From Chrysomallon squamiferum (lineage: Eukaryota > Animalia > Mollusca), in the NCBI GenBank assembly GCA_012295275.1, contig CM022679.1, forward strand, positions 18,476,001 through 18,540,000: 64,000 bases of DNA. The letters are read 5' to 3'. Shown here in pieces: positions 60,652 to 64,000 of this stretch (position 1 is the stretch's first letter; each line of letters opens with the position of its first letter). Below the pieces are notes generated by a model. That model made no database searches. It had not been told where the DNA came from and was given only the letters and a program-made list of their open reading frames with translations. The position numbers and the translations under genes are program-made.

Positions 60652-63600
60652 ATGACCAATATTGAATTACGGTAAGTTTAATTGGTTATTTTGTTCCTCA
60701 CTGGTAAATGAAAAAGAAATGAATAGCTGTATTTAAAAAAAAAAAAAAACAACAACAAACAATTGTGGTTATGATCATGATCTCAGTATTTCATTACAGT
60801 ACATTACCAAGTAGTTATTTATTTTATTGTTGTTGATTTTGTTGGTGTTGTTGTTGATGGTTGTTGTTTTGTATTTATACTGATATTATAAACATCAAAT
60901 ATTTTGAATATTTTAGAGTGGTGCATCTAGACCTAAAGGGGGCAGCACCTAAAGTTGAATATTATCAGCAGGTATCTGCTTAAATATTTTTATTTAATTA
61001 TCTACTAATGTCTTTGAAACTGTATGATTATATTTACTGTTTTATATTTTATCATAAACAAAATATCTTATTCTGTTTCTGTTGCATATTATAAAGACTT
61101 TTCCACTTAAAAAGTCTTGTTTATCTTCATTAATAAAATAATATTATTATTATCATTATTGTTAATAATGTAAATGTTATTATTTGTTTGTTCCAAAAAG
61201 CAGATATACTGAATAATTGTTTAAATATTAATTATTATCATATTTTTATTATTATTATTTTTTTTTTGACATTGCTGAATGTTTATCTTAATTAGGTTGA
61301 TCAAAAAAAAAAAAAATCCCTATTTGTCTTTGTCACTTTAATTTAGCTGTTTCCACTGCTAAATCAGTGGGGCTGCACAGGCTTACTCATAGAGTATGAA
61401 GATATGTTTCCTTATACTACACCACTCGAAGATCTAGCAGCCCCATATGCATACAGGTACTTTTGATGTTTTTACTTCTTGGTGTTTCTAGTTTCACTAA
61501 TTTGATATCCTGAGCTTACCTTTGGTTTTTGGTTTACATATTTGAAGTTTTTGGTATATATATTTATTTTTTTCTTTCAAATATGATAAAACCTATAATT
61601 AATTAACATGTAAGTTGTCATGATCAATGAATCAATAAATATGTTTTAGGTAATGATAAAATACTGAAATATAAATTCCTATTTTGTAGCAGAATGTTAA
61701 TTTAGTAGTAATTAGAATAATGAAAATATTCTGAAATTTGAAATTGAATATTTGTGTGTTACATTTCCAAAAGTAGATCGAAATTTTTAATAGTGATTTT
61801 GTGATTTTTATTGTTATTATTGTGATTTCAGTAGAGAAGCTATTCTGGAAATACTACAGCTTGCTGCAAAAAGCAATCTGTCAGTCATACCACTTGTACA
61901 GACATTTGGTCATTTGGAGGTTTGCAGTTAATATATTTTTAAAAAGTTTTATTATTGTAATTATACAACTACTTTTTTCATCTGTCAAAAAGTTATTTAA
62001 TTTTATGTACTTTAGAATTATCTTAAATTAGTAATGTCTTGTGCGCATATAATGATTACAACTGCTTTCTTACATTCAGAAATAATTAACCTCCCCCCAA
62101 CAAAAAAGAAAACAAACAAAAAAAAAATATGCGGATATAAACATCTTTCTTCCATGAACTGAAATTTTTAATTATTTTTTTGTTTAGACTATGTTTTCTT
62201 ATTATGATGTTTTTAAAATGTATTTACTCTATATTTTCCATTTTTTTTTGTTCTCAGTTTTTATTGAAACATGAGAAATTTTCTCAACTGAGGGAGTTAT
62301 CCAGATATCCAATGGCTCTTTGTCCATCACATCCAGGTAGTATTCAGGTTTTTTAATATGGTGCATTTGAGTAAATTGGATACTGAATTATGACACACAA
62401 AGAACATTTACTAGTTTGGATCTAGCATATTTTTAGATTTAATATTTCCAGCAGAGTAATTTTTCTTTTTTCTTTTTGTCAAAAAGAAGATGCAGAATTG
62501 AAGATTTTCATTGTTTGCGTTTAATACTGTTTTTTTAAAATTGTCTTTATTAAGTGAAGAATCCATCAAGTGGGTTATGTGACAGTGGGCTAATCATTGT
62601 TGTATGTGTTTTGAAACCTCAACTTTTTGTCTTCAAATATAGAGGTACCTACTTAGGCAGAGTTATGTCTGAAGTGTTTTATATAGTTAGAGAGATAAAT
62701 GGTATTTAATAATGGCTTTGCACAGAAAAATAATATAATATGTCAAAAAATATTAACAAATTGATGTTTCAGACAGTTTTAGAACAGTATGTACTATGAT
62801 AGACCAAGTTATGCAATTACATCCTGGCATTGAACACTTCCATATAGGCTGTGATGAGGTGAGCATTATGACTAGTATCTTAAGAAAGGTTTTGATAAAA
62901 CAACAGATATTTAAAACAAAATGAATTTGAAGTTGTAATTATTTTCTATTCATTGCATAAACCAGAGTTTACAAATAAAAGTTTCAGAAACTTCTAATTT
63001 TTAGGTAATAAAATAACTGTTTTAGAGATTTGTTTTAATAGTCAGCTGTTACCCTTAAATAAAAACTTGCTGAATAGAACATTTTAAAATCTGGTACTCT
63101 TAAGAAAATGTCCAGTCTTCACTTATTTTAATGTTTATTTAATTTCAAGGTTTATCATATTGGCCACTGTCCAGCTTGCAAGTCTAGAATGGTCAGTGGT
63201 AGCCATGGAATCCATCAAATGTTTTTCTCACATGTCACAGCTGTAGCCAAACATATTCGCACTATGCATCCTGCTGTGATACCACTGATCTGGGATGATA
63301 TGATGAGAAGTATAGAGCTGCCTGTTCTCATTGGTATATAGTAGAATTTCTTCATTATGACCATTTCAACTAATTTTAATAAAGCATTCTTAATGGATAT
63401 AATTATATTATATATAATTTATTACATATTTATTACTGTACAGATTTTTTTCCATTTTATTATCTAACCAGTGATCTCTTTTAAATCATAATGTATATAA
63501 ATTAGGTTTCTTTTTATGGTAAAAATTAGTTTGTTCTTTGATGAGCAACAGCTTAATTTTAAATTAACAATGCCCCTTCATTACAATAAACCTGGATATA

Positions 63601-64000
63601 ATTTGCTTTTCATATTTTCTAAACAGGCTATGTATATATCTTAAAATCTCTTTATAATTCTTTTTCTGGTGTCTGCAAGATAGACTCTGGATTGAAAGAT
63701 TTGGTGGAACCTATGATTTGGCATTATCTACCTTCATTTTCATTGCCTTCAGGTTTGTATGAATTGTAAATAAAGAGACATTTAAAATATATTCTGTCTG
63801 TGCATGTCTATTGTTTATTTTTTATTTATTTTTTTCTAGTAGGTACAACATTTTGAAAGTTTGAATGACCTAACTGAAACTACATTAATTTTATTAACAC
63901 AACTAAAATTGATTAATAATTCTTGTATTCTTTATTTTGTAGAAAATATAATTTTAATAATTATTCATTAATCATCCAGTATTTTTAATTACAGATTTGT
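60652..64000 (+). CDS. HEXD: Hexosaminidase D (GH20), 5' part, runs off the window
   Basis: Exons 60652-60671, 60917-60971, 61347-61456, 61832-61919, 62258-62336, 62773-62858, 63150-63333, 63684-63752, 63995-end. VHLDLKGAAP, GLLIEYEDMFPY, IPLVQTFGHLEF, HIGCDEV, IWDDMMR, VEPMIWHY. Confidence 0.96.

Overview
AT-rich (roughly 30% GC by eye), microsatellite-rich, gene-dense animal genomic DNA with spliceosomal GT-AG introns. It is probably a lophotrochozoan, possibly a gastropod; this is inferred from a SINE-like fragment and general character and is not proven. Nine genes were assembled by hand with phase-consistent exons: a secreted selenocysteine glutathione peroxidase with an in-frame UGA and a 3'UTR SECIS (-), GDE1 (-), a mucin-stalk + Ly6/uPAR GPI-type protein (+), an SDR9C-type dehydrogenase (-), RPS2 (+), MED9 (+) followed 53 nt later by an intronless GEMIN6 ORF (+), CYBC1/EROS (-) and the 5' part of HEXD (+). 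There are also hAT and Academ-like transposon relics, a three-copy MITE, a 110-bp near-perfect inverted repeat and candidate H/ACA RNAs in RPS2 introns. The most unusual item is the MED9/GEMIN6 locus: it appears to be one transcription unit making two unrelated proteins, and MED9 exon 1 can splice in frame onto GEMIN6. No CRISPR, tRNA or rRNA genes were seen.
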